Origin: Obrimoposthia wandeli
Taxonomy: Eukaryota
Direction: 5' to 3'
Length of the DNA stretch: 64,000 bases
Assembly: GCA_977020255.1 (NCBI GenBank)
Contig: CDROCS010000868.1
Location: 930,001-994,000 of the forward strand
The position numbers and the translations under genes are program-made. Below are positions 40,141 to 53,136 of the stretch, in pieces; position 1 is the first letter of the stretch; every line of letters starts with the position of its first letter. Below the pieces are notes generated by a model. The model ran no database searches. It was not told the DNA's origin and worked only from the letters and a program-made list of their open reading frames with translations.

Positions 40141-43100
40141 CATGCATAATTTTATTCATTTACATTCATTCTACCTCTCATTTATTCAAACTCTCATTCA
40201 AATATTCAAATAAATTAATATTTTTACTAATTTTCTATTAATTCCGTTGTAACTTAGTCGTTGAAACGAAAAGAATGTATAAAGAATGGACTTTCTTACT
40301 TTGTAAATGTTATTCACTTAAGTTTGAAGATGATATTATGAAATTACATAATAAATGTGTTTAATTTTGTATTATTCTCTGACTTCTTTCTTATTTTATT
40401 TTTTATTTTAATATATAATTGAAGTTATTTAAAGAAATTTTATCATAATTCTATAAATGTGAAAGCCTAGGAAAAACTTTGATCTAAATTTCACATAAAA
40501 TAGTATGTGTGTGATTACGTAATACATTCATTAACTTATAAGAGTGAACTTTAGTTTAAATTTCACATAAAATAGTGTGTGTATGATTACGTCATACATT
40601 CTTAATTGGTAAGTGTGAACTTTATCCTAAATTTTCATTATGGACTAGATCACAAAAAAGAAGGGTGGAGACTAAGCCACTTGATCCTTTCATAGTGGTA
40701 TATCTCAAAAAGAAGGGTGGAGACTAGATCACTAAAAGAAGGGTGGAGACTAAGCCAATTGATCCTTTCATAGTGGTATATCTCAAAAAGAAGGGTGGAG
40801 ACTAAGCCAATTGACCCTTTCACAGTGGTATATCTCAAAAAGAAGGGTGGAGACTAAGCCACTTGACCCTTTAATCTATGGACAACCATAGTGGTATATC
40901 AAAGAAGGATGGAGTCTAGATCACTTGACCCCTCCCCGCTACCCCTCCCCTCTCGCCTCCCGCCTCCTCCTAAAGGGTGTCATACCATAAGGGTGTCATA
41001 CCATAAGGGTGTGTTGCCATACCATAAGGGTATATGTTGGGTCACCGGAGGTGAGGCAACATATACCCTTATGGTGTGGCAAGACACCTTTATGGTGTGA
41101 CATCCTTATGGTATGACACCCTTTAGGGGGGGGTCAAGTGATCTAGACTCCATCCTTCTACCTACTACTAGCAATAGTTGTCTGGTTTTTACTGGAAACT
41201 ATACGCTAAAAACAATTATGAATTATCTACTAGGGAATCTACAGGGGACACAAATACTAGTTCTCAATGGAGAATTTACAAAAAACCACAGCGATACGTT
41301 TTTACTCGTTTACTCGAATATGAATTATTCGATTATCAATTTATGAAATATGAATCATTAATGTAGGTGAATATGGTTATTCTATTAACAAGTTCTGAAA
41401 TGGTGAATTATTATTAATTCACGAAATACGAATTGTTATCAATTCATGAAATACAAATTAATTATTAATTTAAGAGTCATGTTTTCTATCGTAGACATGA
41501 TTAAAGAGTTAGGTTCCACAACACAATCTATATTATACAGGGTTTTGTAGGTTTTTATAAACCAATATTGCAAATATGATATTTTTGGTTTCTGATTACA
41601 AAACTTTATGAAAATACAAATTATTATGTTAGTGAGTCTCTCACGATTTCTCCTGGATATTTTGTCCACGTTCTATCTATTTGTGGGAGTTGCTTCAATC
41701 ACTTCTGATTCTGTAGGTGGTTGTTCTTCTGTCACTTGATTTTTGGTTATCCACCAGCGTCCTATCTCGTTGTGGGAGTTGCTTCAACATTTCTGATTAT
41801 GTAGATTGTTGCTTTTTGTCGGCTGGCTTACTCTCACCGTATATCTTCTGCTTCGATTCGAATTCCACTTGCAATTCTTGTAACTATCTAAAATTGTGCG
41901 AGTAAATTAACTACCACTCGCCTTAAATACTTACTTAATCAGTATTGCGAGTCCGGTAATTGGCGATGACTTCCTGTTATGGAATTGTCATGGACGCTGT
42001 GTAGTCGGTGATACAAATTACCCAAGATTGGTGACTTTCTGTCTCTCTATTTCACTCTTGCGAATTTCGACCTGTCCGTAATAATTCTTCTTTTTTTCGG
42101 TCAGCCCTAACCATTTCATTTATCTTTCTCTTTTTTTCACTTTAGTCTTAATTCTTCTACGGCCTTTTTTTCACATTTCCCCTTACTTATTATCACATTA
42201 TCATGGCCTTTCAAAGTCTCAATTTATTCAGTTTTTTAAGCTTAAAAATATTTATTTTAACTTTAATATTTTAATGTTATTTTATGATTTTAACTTTATA
42301 ACCTTCACTGAGCAGGTTATTTATTTACTATAAATAATTATGTTATTTATTTAAAATTTACTAATACTAATACTATCACGATTACAAAATAAATACGTTT
42401 GTTACTTTGATTGTAAAACTATAATTTAGCTGACAGTTTCTTTATCCCCTACTATAAACTAAAATTGAAGAAAAAAGTATGTATAAATTCTCAGAAACTT
42501 TAAGTAACTTCATAATTTTATAAATCATTTATTAAATTAATTTTCAAATAAACTAAATTCAATCAAAGTCTGTAAACTAACAATTAAACATTGTTATTAA
42601 TTTAAGAACTTGAACTGGCATTGTACTTTATCACTACTATTCAAGGTTGCAATACAAAAATTGACAAAAAGATAAAAAGAAATATCTGAAAGGATATTTA
42701 GTTATATAAAATAAATCGTTTATAAATCTATTATTAAAATTATTTCGGTTGTGATAATAAAATAAATAAATAGTTACTTACATTTCTTAAACAACTTATT
42801 TTTAATATACCCATTATTCTAATTTATTGTTAGAAAATGTTCTTTTGCTTTAAGTAAAAGTTTAAATATTGTAAAATATGTCAGCCATATAGTTGATGTA
42901 CTTCTAACTGATTATAATTTTAAAATAAATATATTAATTATTGTATAAACTAAAAGCACTCTTGACATAATAACCACCTCTTATTTATAAAGTATCGAAA
43001 TATTTTGAAATATTCACCATGAATTAAAATACATTCAATGAATACAAATTTAAAGATTAGTGCAGATTTTGCTTAACAAAACTTTTATATTCGATAATTC

Positions 43101-43949
43101 TTGAAACTTTGAAGTGAACCATATCAATAATTAACTACAACAACAACAAAAATTTACTGACATAGAAGTTAATTTGAAACATTAATTAATTAATTAATTA
43201 AAATAAAAATATTCAGTCACAGTTTCAATGTTGACAGTGCTAATTGAGTGGCAAATAAATTGAACAGCTACTCATCACAAATAACTATGTCCATTGAAAT
43301 TGAATGAATTTTAAACAAATTCCCCTATGTGACAGGTCAAATTATTAAAGGAAATAAAAACACATTTTAAATAATTAAATTGTATGGCAATTTTCTATTA
43401 GAAAAAAACTATGTTTTGATTATTTTTGTTGTGTTTTTCATGGACGTATCTTTACACACTTTCGCTCAGTGTTTAATAGTCCTAAATCTTGTAGGAACTT
43501 AATTTTGGAATCTATATTTTGAGTTTTTTTAAATATATATTTTGTAAATATAAAAGATACCTTGCGGATTAAAAGCGCTAACGTCGAGCAAATTTAGTTT
43601 TTGATTTCTTTTCACATATTCTGAAAATTTTAATTAAAATATTTCATATAATTAATATGACAAGAAGATTTTTTTTATTCAGAGTGGTGACAAGAATATC
43701 GACTATACTGAATTCTCAACATTAGTAATTTACTGTATTTTTTTATTAAACAATCGATATTTTAATTGTTGAGAAAAATGCTACGCATTGTTTCTTTTGT
43801 AACTGCTGTGAAACTGGTTTCTCTCACCTCACTGCCATGAAAAGTAGGTTGCGCTGCCTATTAAATGTTAAGCTGTTGTCTATGCCTCATACTCAGTGAT
43901 ATTTAAACATGCATGATGAACAAATTTTGCATTCTTAAACAATCTAAAC

Positions 43950-44160
43950 ACTACCCAGGCATTAAGGGCGACATCCTGGATTTGTCATTTCCCCGTGTAT
44001 TAACTAATTTATTTGGAACTTCTTGATAAAAGAATTTTTATCAAAGCCTGTTTAGATTTTTTCAAATGCTGGACATCGTAGCTTATAACTGCTGTTTCCC
44101 CATCAAATTATTGTAATTATAGTATACCTTTTCCTATAACTGTTACGACCACCACCACTA
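43950..44160 (-). pseudogene. Possible piggyBac-like transposase fragment
   Basis: Only IQDVALNAWVVFRLF resembles the piggyBac D.A..NAW motif. Confidence 0.25.
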
Positions 44161-46460
44161 TTCATTTCCCTATGGGTATTAATGATTATTGCGATTTTCA
44201 TAATATAACCTGATAAAGCATGCTATTAATGTATTGATGATATATATTTTGTTTACAAGTCTTTCTTAGTGTATATTTTAATCATTTTAGAGTGATATTC
44301 AAGGACTAGGCAAGTAAAGTTATGAATTATTAAATAAATGGCTAATAATTATAATTGTCGACAAATTAAAGGGCAAATTAATTTTCAAAATTAAAAATGG
44401 AAATTAGAAAATTACTCAGAGAATTTAAACTACTTAATTACTGTTAAATAGTCAATTAACGTCAAGGGACCTAGGCTGACTATTATTCAGTTACCTGAAG
44501 TAATACGTCAGTTATGGATTTTAAAAGGAAGAAATTGTTGGGAGTCAGCTGACAACGATATTAGTCGGCAGTTAACGAAGCAGAGTAATAAATTCGTCAT
44601 TGGACAACGATGTAGAGCCAGTCAGAACTGATAGTGGAAATAAACGTACCAGTATATGAACGCATGCGACAGATAAATGACAGTTGCAACGGAAACTTAA
44701 TTTTGCATTGATTATACCATTGAAAGTGGAAACTGAATCTGCTTTGGTTGTTGAAATCCGTATGACCTATTTTGTATTTTGTAAACTAATATATATTTTT
44801 CATAAAAAATATTAATTTATTTTTGTTAAAAAAAGCCATCATATTAACTCACGGACCTGTAACGGTCCCAGCTTGTTAAGAGATTCTCTACTCTCTAACT
44901 GAGTAACTCTCAACCCGCGCTCAGCATTAGGTTTAGGACTGACAGTAGTGTAACATGGTTAAGTTCTTTCATATATGATTAGTTGTAAACTATGGCCACC
45001 CACACTACTAACTTGATCTTTTTTATTTTCAGAATTTGTTAATTTTCATAAGAACCCCGACTTATTCAAGGTAGAATAGCGCTCAAATAACAATCAAAAG
45101 TATGGTGCTGTGGTACTTTGAGCTGCAGCAACATTGTTGAGCAGTCACTTAAACAGACGGCCATATCTAACTTCAGATTTGCGAAAATTAGAGTAGACCC
45201 GACATATAAATATTTAAGAACTCACGAGCTACAGGCTTCCATAATAAGTGCAATAACATCAACCTAACAATACAAGAAGAACAAATACAAATTATAAAAC
45301 TGCTCACAAGCGAGCTTGTAAAATATTGCAGGTTCAGTAAGATATGAATTATTTACTCAAAAAATATATCTTGAGTTATTTAGTGTATTCTAAATTATTA
45401 TTTACTTTTAGATCATAATCTAACTTTTTTCTATTTTTATTGTTAATAGTTTATTGCTGAATCACAATAATTCAAATTCAAATTGACCAATGAGGACCGA
45501 GTTTTTGCAGCATAGAAATTATATTGATTAATCTATACATTAACATTATCTTTGAATATACTTATTCTATGTCTATGGTTAGTTAATAGTTTATATCTCG
45601 ATACTAGTAAAGACTCATCCTTCGTAGCACCTCTGAGTAGTATCACCTCTTACAAGTACGAATTTTTACTATTCCCATATTTAGGATCGAATAAGTTGTA
45701 TGTTGTAGCTTCGACAGAGTTTTACTTTAAATGAACCTTGTGTCACTCTGCCAAAATAAAGCAATAAGCACTTAATCGGTGTTGACAAATTTGTAAGTTA
45801 AGAAATGCCAATTTAATCATTTAGTTATTTTAAATAATTTCATTTCTTATTAAGAAAACAATTTTGCAAACAGCAGTTAAACTGAAGACTTTTACTTTAA
45901 TAAAAATTCACTAAATATATCTCACGCTGCCGCCTTCGAATTTTTAAAATCAAAATATCAACGGGATTGATACATTTTTAAGTATATATTTTTATATATT
46001 TTTTAAAAAAAATTCAAATTACTTTAAAGAAAATTGAATTCCAATTAGCTGTTGTACTTGATTACTGTCAATGCCTGTTGTATGAAAATATTATCTCACG
46101 ACAAAAAACATTACAAAATAGTTTTCGTTTAATTGATTTCATTTCCTTTTATATTTTTCAACAAATAATTGGAAAATGTTTCAACTAATTTAATACGACT
46201 ATATTTCGAATAAATATGAATGTCAAGTGAGCAATATTTGGTAAGCACAACTGATGATGTGAGATTAAATTATTTCAAAAATATTTTCAACCTCAGTATA
46301 AAACTAACTTTTCAAGTTTTTTAATAATTTTAATAATTAATTCATTACAAAGCTATTGCACCGGGCTTTACAGATGACGCAAAGTCAAATGAGATTTATA
46401 ATTTAAAAAATATATTTTAAGAAACTTGTGGATATTATTAGATTTGAAAAATCAGCTTAC

Positions 46461-46633
46461 CCCAGTTTGCATTTGCTTCTGAGATTGTGAATTCTTCGTA
46501 AACCTACGCCAGTAGCTTTCTTTGGATACTTGAGATTGGGATAGTCAATCCAGCCGCAATCCAATGGCTTCTTGGGAAAAACTTCCAACTTCGTTTTGTA
46601 GAAAGAATCCTGGAAAAGACCCAGTCTACGAGA
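46461..46633 (-). CDS. Tentative host-gene exon
   Basis: Acceptor ctgcAG (or ttttccAG at 46610), donor GTAAGC; only one open frame: DSFYKTKLEVFPKKPLDCGWIDYPNLKYPKKATGVGLRRIHNLRSKCKL. Confidence 0.5.
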
Positions 46634-49430
46634 CTGCAGTTGAGAATGACAGGGTAACATTGAGATATTTTCAGAAACTCAATTGGAAAGGGTAATTCAA
46701 CACGGTGAAGCTATCTAACCATAATCAATTTACTGTAAATACATTTTTCCTTTAATAACCAGGATAGTCATCCAATTTTGGAGTGTAATATGCTTCGAAA
46801 AAAATTAACAAGTGGTAATTGACAGAGTTAAAAAATTAAAATCACAAATAAGTTGTATAAAATTATTTATTAAAGGTTGAAAACCACACAATTAATGAGT
46901 CAATTGAGCTTCAGTTTATTGCACAATTTTTTGTTATTCTGGTTTATACTCTGTCGAACACAGTTTCAGGGAATTGCAAAAATGGGAATCAGATAATAAT
47001 GAACGATTTTTGGTCTTGATAGGATTTATAGAAGAAAAATCCGATTCACAAAAGTAAGTTGAGCCGAAACGCGAATGTGTTTTGACGTTCTTATGTTTTA
47101 CTTGAGATACATGCTTTCAGACATACACTTCGAGCCATTACTAAAATATCAGCTTTTAATGTTAAAATTTATATTCCAGTGAAATTATTTCACATCAAAT
47201 ACTTGGGATATGTTGCCATAAATATCATATTCGTTTAAATGTATTTTAAATGTAAACAATAATGAATCCGTTATTTTTATAATCTTCTTTAAATCAATAA
47301 ATCGAATATTTAACTCTTGCAAAACATCATCGACTCATTGTTACTTAGTCAGTTATAACTAATATCTACAAAATTTTAATTGTTACTTTACTAATTTTAT
47401 TATATATATATATAGCTTCTTTATAACGGTTTTTAGATACAGTATATCTTTTAAGAAGTTTTCCAGTTTTAAAATAATGACTACAAAGTACATAAGTCAA
47501 GCTTTAAACTTTGAAATGTAAAATAAATCATATGATATGCTGAGAGGATTTGGCTTAATTTCAAATACATATATTTCATCGTTTCAAATGAAGCCAGTGT
47601 GCTTTTGTAAATGATATTTAACGTTGGGAACGAGTAGCAAGTTTGTTGTTGAATAACAAATATCAATGAGGTTTGATTCTTAAAGGCGACGGGAGTGCTC
47701 ATCATTACAATGATAGTTATATCCTTCTCTTGTAATTCGAGATTCAATAGACTCAATTTACCAGTAAAATCGGCAAGAAAGCCAAGTCACTTAATTAATT
47801 GCTATATATATATATTTATTTATTTTTCATATTTCCTAATATGATAGTTAAAAATAGCTATGTTCGACATTTAAAAAATAAAAATAGAAACTTACTAATG
47901 ATAAGTAAGTCAGTAAAATTTCATTAAATATATCATAATTTTCAAAAATTACTGATTATTTCTTATTGTGGACGCAATTGACGTATTGGCCACCCCTACA
48001 CTACAACATGTGTTTAATTCCATGTAAAATTCTATAAATATAAAGAAAGCATTGTATGATGCAATTCTGATTATTTAAACTGAGCTGATAAAATAAATAT
48101 TCAATATAAATTTTGTCCACTTCTTTTATTTTTTTAATGTTTTTTTTAAATTTATTGACTGCATTTGCAAATATTTCTAAATGTTAATAATCACAATTAC
48201 CCTAATAATCGCAAAGACGATAAGTAGAATTAACACTATACAACAAGATCTAACTTTCGAACAACAGTAACATATTATGATAAATAATATTCAACTGCAT
48301 TCACAAGTTACATTTTAATCGCATACAAGAAACGCAGTGCAGAGTATCATTAGTCATAAATTAAATTAGATTTTCCGTAAATGCCTGATCATCCCGACAT
48401 TTAGTTGAAATATATCCGAAATTATCTATACTATCTACTTGAAACTTGGTATATTCAGCTATAACATCCATAACTAGTAACATTCCAAATTTAAACTACT
48501 TCGGATGTGTGAAAGCGTGCAGGGGTATTTCTAAAGATGTATTAAAGGGGGTTTCCAGATTTTGGTAATAATAACATGGATTATAGTTAGCAGTATTCAT
48601 TATGTATTGAAAAATTATTCATTATACCTATCATACAAAATTACTGTAGTTCATTGAACGAGCAGCTAACTGATCGATGACACCTACAACAAAGGATTGC
48701 AGGTTAGTTGTTGTTAGATTTGTACAACTAGCGATTGATGCAGACAATATGGGATAGTATACAGTAGGGTGGCTCGAAAACCAAAATTTTAGAAATTGTA
48801 TTCGCATGACTTGGGAAAAGGTGCCAATTGATGTAGAATTGAGGCTTGCAAAATTTCAGATTGATACGAATAGTCCTTCCGATCGCACAAGAGCCTTAAA
48901 ATATCAAAAAATGGAAAAAATCGTTTTTTTTATAAAATGCGAATTTCTAGTATCTTAATACAAAATATTGCCTGACATGATGTTCCATTGATGTCATTTG
49001 GTACTAAGCATCATATGTACGAAATTTGAAGGAAATCCGATAACGTTTAGCGTTCGCACAATGAAGTTATCGATATTTTTCACTCATTTTAACGCTAAAT
49101 TATTATTTTTTCATTATATTTGAATTTTTCGTATCTAAATGAGAAATTATTGAATGCGACGATGTTTAAATGATATTATATACTACTCACGAATATATGT
49201 ACCAAATTTGATTGAAATCGATTGATGATGACTCTAAATATTGATTTGGAACAATTTTTATTTGTAAAATTTAATTAATAATCTTTAAATACAGTAGCTC
49301 CCGTATCAAAATATCATTGTAGTGGTTCTGTTGATTAATTTCAGTTTATTGATTACTCCCGACGCCTTTATACCCGCGTACATACACACACGGGTGTCAC
49401 ATTGTTTAGCGTTCGCGGTAGCTACTGCTA

Positions 49431-51865
49431 GTGAATCATAGTTTGCAGCATCAGTGCTGTTGTGTCTCGTTCAACATGGCTGCGGCTAGTTCAACTCGCA
49501 ACTATGTTGTATTTCCCTTATTCGAACGTGTATACGACTTGAAAGATAACCAATTACCTACTTATGAAGATGTTCTTAGATGTATTCTGTTCAAAAAGAG
49601 ACAAATGCAAATGAACTCAGGTGGCCAACAACCGTCATTATCAATTATTTGCAAAGATGTGACTTGTGAAATAATGAAAATATATTCGAGTGCTTCTATT
49701 CCTGCATTGAGGGAACCACGAATCATCAGTCTATTGAAAAGCTATCATGCGGAATATGCAAATCTGATTAAACCTTATAAAACTCGTTGCAATACGGATA
49801 GTTACAAGGCTAAAACGGATGCATTTCTAGATCGTTCAAAAAAATTGTTTGATTTTTCAAGATGCAAATGTTTCAAACGTTTCAATCCTGTGGTTGCTCT
49901 AAAGATAACAAAGTTCCCCAAATTGAACAATCATTTGTGCTGGATCAAAGGAGTGCCCGTAAAATGTATATTGGATCGAAGGATGTAAAACAATCTACTC
50001 AACTACAAAAACGAGAAGAAAGAAAAAGACGTCGCGCTGAAGTTTCATTGCCGTCAACTAGTGCAGCTGCAGATTACGTCGAGCTGTCAGAGACTGATGG
50101 AACTCAAACTGATGAAAGCTCAGCTATTACTGATGAGGCTGAGTTTCAGGAGTTTATGCCATCTAAGACGACCATGAAAAGAATATGTTTAGACCCAAAC
50201 CAATCCAAAAATGACCAACAGAACGAGAGTATAATTTCCAAGCGCAAGTCTCTCCCATATTTTTCGGAAGCCTGTGACAGAGTTGGGGTGTCAGATCGTG
50301 CCGCAGCTCTACTATCAACCTCATTACTAGAAGATATTGGTGCGGTGAAAAGGAATTGCCCCGATAACATTATTGACAGGTATGCGTGTAAATTATTTTA
50401 GAGTGTTTGACTAATGACTATATAATATATTATAAATACTTAATATTAAATAGTAGGATTCTTCCCAACAATAAATCAATTTAATTTTAACAGGCATAAG
50501 ATTCACCGAGGAAGGGTACAGCGACGAACAGATCAAGCTAAGATTAGGATTATTTCGCATGTAACCAGCATATATTTCGATGGAAAACGAGATGTTACTC
50601 TTATTAATGATAAAGATGGAGACAAATATTACAGAAAGAAAATAACTGAAGAACATATTGTTCTTGTAACTGAACCTGAATCAAAATATTTGGGCCACTT
50701 TACACCAGCTACTGGAAGTTCTCTCAGTATTCATAATGGAATACTCCGTTTTTTGGAGGAGAAGAGTCTACCAAGGACCTCGTTGGTTGCCATCGGGTGC
50801 GATGGAACCAATGTTAATACAGGGACCAATAATGGAGTCATCAAAAGACTTGAAGACACATTAACATTTTCAGTTCATTGGTTCATTAGCAGGCTGCATG
50901 GCAATGAATTTCCATTACGGCGGCTTTTTACTGTCCTTGATGGTAAAACTTCAGGGCCGAAATGTTTCACTGGGCCGATAGGGAAGCAGCTACCAGCTTG
51001 TGAATGTAGAAAAGCTGTTGCATTTACAGCTATTACAGGTCCTCCCTTGCAGCTTATAGACAAAAGTGATCTCAGCACTGACCAAAAGTATTTGTATGAG
51101 ATGCATGCCGCTATTTCGAGTGGATTACTGCCAGATGATCTGGCTAAACGTACACCAGGTAGTTTGAATCATGCAAGATGGGTCACAACTGCCAACAGAA
51201 TCCTAAGATTATATGTAAGTGTTGAGTTTCCATCGGAAACGTTGATGAAGCTGGTTAGATTGGTCATGACGGTCTACATCCCTATGTGGTTTCAAATAAA
51301 AGCCAATCCTTTTGTTCACAGTGGTGCTATCCACGTTTTCCAAACAGCGAAATTAATGAAGTAACAGGCCAATGATGTGCAAGAGGCAGTATTACCAGTA
51401 TTGCAACGCAACGCATATTTCGCTCATCCAGAGAATGTTCTGCTATCCATGATTTCGGACGAAAGGCCACAGATTCGCGAATTAGGATGGAGGAGAATTA
51501 AACGTTGCAGATCTGCAGGCTCGTCTCCATCAACAAGAACTTTTGTGATCCCTAAGTTAGTTAAAAACTGCATCGATTACACGGACATGATTAGATGACA
51601 AGATATCGACGTCACTGAACCTCCGATGACAAGAAACATAACAAACTGTGAATTGGATACAATCATCCAAAATAAAACGCCATTCCAGTTCTTAAAATAT
51701 CTGCTCCACACACAAGCAGTGGAACGGAATATCAAACTTGTCAGCTTTGCTTCGCTTAAAGTTTGCGGTCATGAATCAAGAGAAGGGTACATCCAAGCTC
51801 GTCTATGTTCACGTGAGCGCGTACCAACATTTGAATCAAAACAAGATTACGCCTCATTGAAATAA
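49431..51865 (+). pseudogene. hATm transposase with one intron (50380-50493), a frameshift and premature stops
   Basis: LPTYEDVLRC, KVPQIEQSFVLDQRSARKMYIG, IYFDGKRD, IGCDGTNVNTG, LHGNEFPLRRL..LDGKTSGP, HARWVTTANRILRLY, HTQAVERNIKLV; the GT-AG intron restores the frame; frameshift near 49870, stops at 51362 and 51596. Confidence 0.92.
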
Positions 51866-52348
51866 TTTTCTATCTAATATTAACATTATATCACTTTATG
51901 TTCTTTCATATGAAATATGTTGTTATTAACTGTAAAAGGAAACGTTTTTTTTTATTAAATGGATTTGCACATTCATTTGTAATTCTTAAACTTATGTATA
52001 TTGTTACTCAATAAAGCTATATAATGGAATATTTCGAGATTTTATTTGTCCTATAAGTTATACAAGTATATAAATCCTACAAGCTCGTCTATGTTCACGT
52101 GAGCGCGTACCAACATTTGAATCAAAACAAGATTACGCCTCATTGAAATAATTTTCTATCTAATATTAACATTATATCACTTTATGTTCTTTCATATGAA
52201 ATATGTTGTTATTAACTGTAAAAGGAAACGTTTTTTTTTATTAAATGGATTTGCACATTCATTTGTAATTCTTAAACTTATGTATATTGTTACTCAATAA
52301 AGCTATATAATGGAATATTTCGAGATTTTATTTGTCCTATAAGTTATA
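51794..52348 (+). repeat. Tandem duplication of the transposase 3' end (269 bp x2)
   Basis: 51794-52062 repeated at 52080-52348 (offset 286, 17-bp spacer). Confidence 0.93.
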
Positions 52349-52620
52349 GGTGTTCCTGTATTTTTTGCGCGCGCACACGAGAAAAGAAGATGCCGCACAT
52401 GGTCTTTTATTTTAGCGCACACACTTAAAATTCTTTTTGTACCAGGCACACCATTCTTTTGTTTTGGGATTTAAAATATGTAAATGATTGGTCATTTATT
52501 AAAGATTATAATTTTGTGTACTATTTATATTAAAAAATTATATTATATTATTAGATTTTATTTTTGTTTAAATAATGAACATTACTAAAAAATTATTTTT
52601 TCAAATTCTTTACTCATTAT

Positions 52621-53136
52621 ATGCCTGCCGATAAGAAACGTAGAAAAACAGCTTCGACATTCAAAGAAGATTGGCTAAAAGTAAGTGTTAAAACCGCGAC
52701 ACCCAAGTCACATGAAGAAATAGATGTGCTATTAAAAGAAATCTTCGAATATGATGAAAGAAAAGGAATTAAATGTTATTATTGTTGTGAAGCTCAGGTT
52801 GACGGAGAATTTTCATATGGAAAAAGAAGTAATGATGATGTATGGAAGCTTGATTTTTTGAAAAGACATTTGAAAAGTAGAGCACACTTAAATGGTGTAC
52901 AAAAACTTAGAAACCAAAATCCTTTATTATCTCCTCGTGGATTAATGAAAATAATATACGAGTCTTCTGAAGTAAAAAAGAGAAATGATACTCGAGTGGA
53001 TGATATTTTAATTCTTATTGACAACGTTTTGTTGGCTGTAAAAATGAATAATTCTATGCTTTCCGTACAACATATTAATGACCACATGGCTAAATATGTT
53101 CATGTTCCGGAAAAAAAAAAAAAAAAAAGGCTATAA
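52621..53136 (+). pseudogene. N-terminal fragment of a second hAT-family transposase (TTF-type zinc finger, ZNF862/C17orf113-like)
   Basis: FKEDWL..FEYDERKGIKCYYC..FSYG..WKLDFLKRHLKSRAH; truncated at an A-run (about 53111-53128). Confidence 0.7.

Larger units (their letters stand above)
33903..41169. mobile_element. Non-autonomous Polinton-type element (7.3 kb, non-coding), same family as 475-3412
   Basis: Termini AGTAGTAGGTAGAAGG...CCTTCTACCTACTACT; about 2.4-kb inverted arms; terminal sequence shared with element 475-3412; no TSD because the flanks are inverted copies. Confidence 0.85.
32980..42092. repeat. 9.1-kb palindrome
   Basis: 32980-33902 is the reverse complement of 41170-42092; paired coordinates all sum to 75072 (no indel) and three ORF-track translations are identical in the two copies; inverted arms continue inward to about 36267/38669. 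Confidence 0.95.

Noticed and set aside
32980-42092. Palindrome as a pure fold-back sequencing artefact
   Set aside because: Arms differ in tandem copy number and by a roughly 135-bp duplication, and the centre is a non-palindromic array, which a simple read fold-back would not produce. The outer 923 bp still needs long-read confirmation.
44859-44965. TGTAAC...TAACA followed by TGG, resembling a solo LTR plus PBS
   Set aside because: Only about 100 bp, no second copy or TSD found.
50146-52794. Antisense ORFs over transposases (50146-50370, 50411-50656, 50875-51078; also 9326-9610, 9631-9828, 22409-22648, 57570-57818)
   Set aside because: Shadow frames opposite recognisable transposase or integrase coding sequence.
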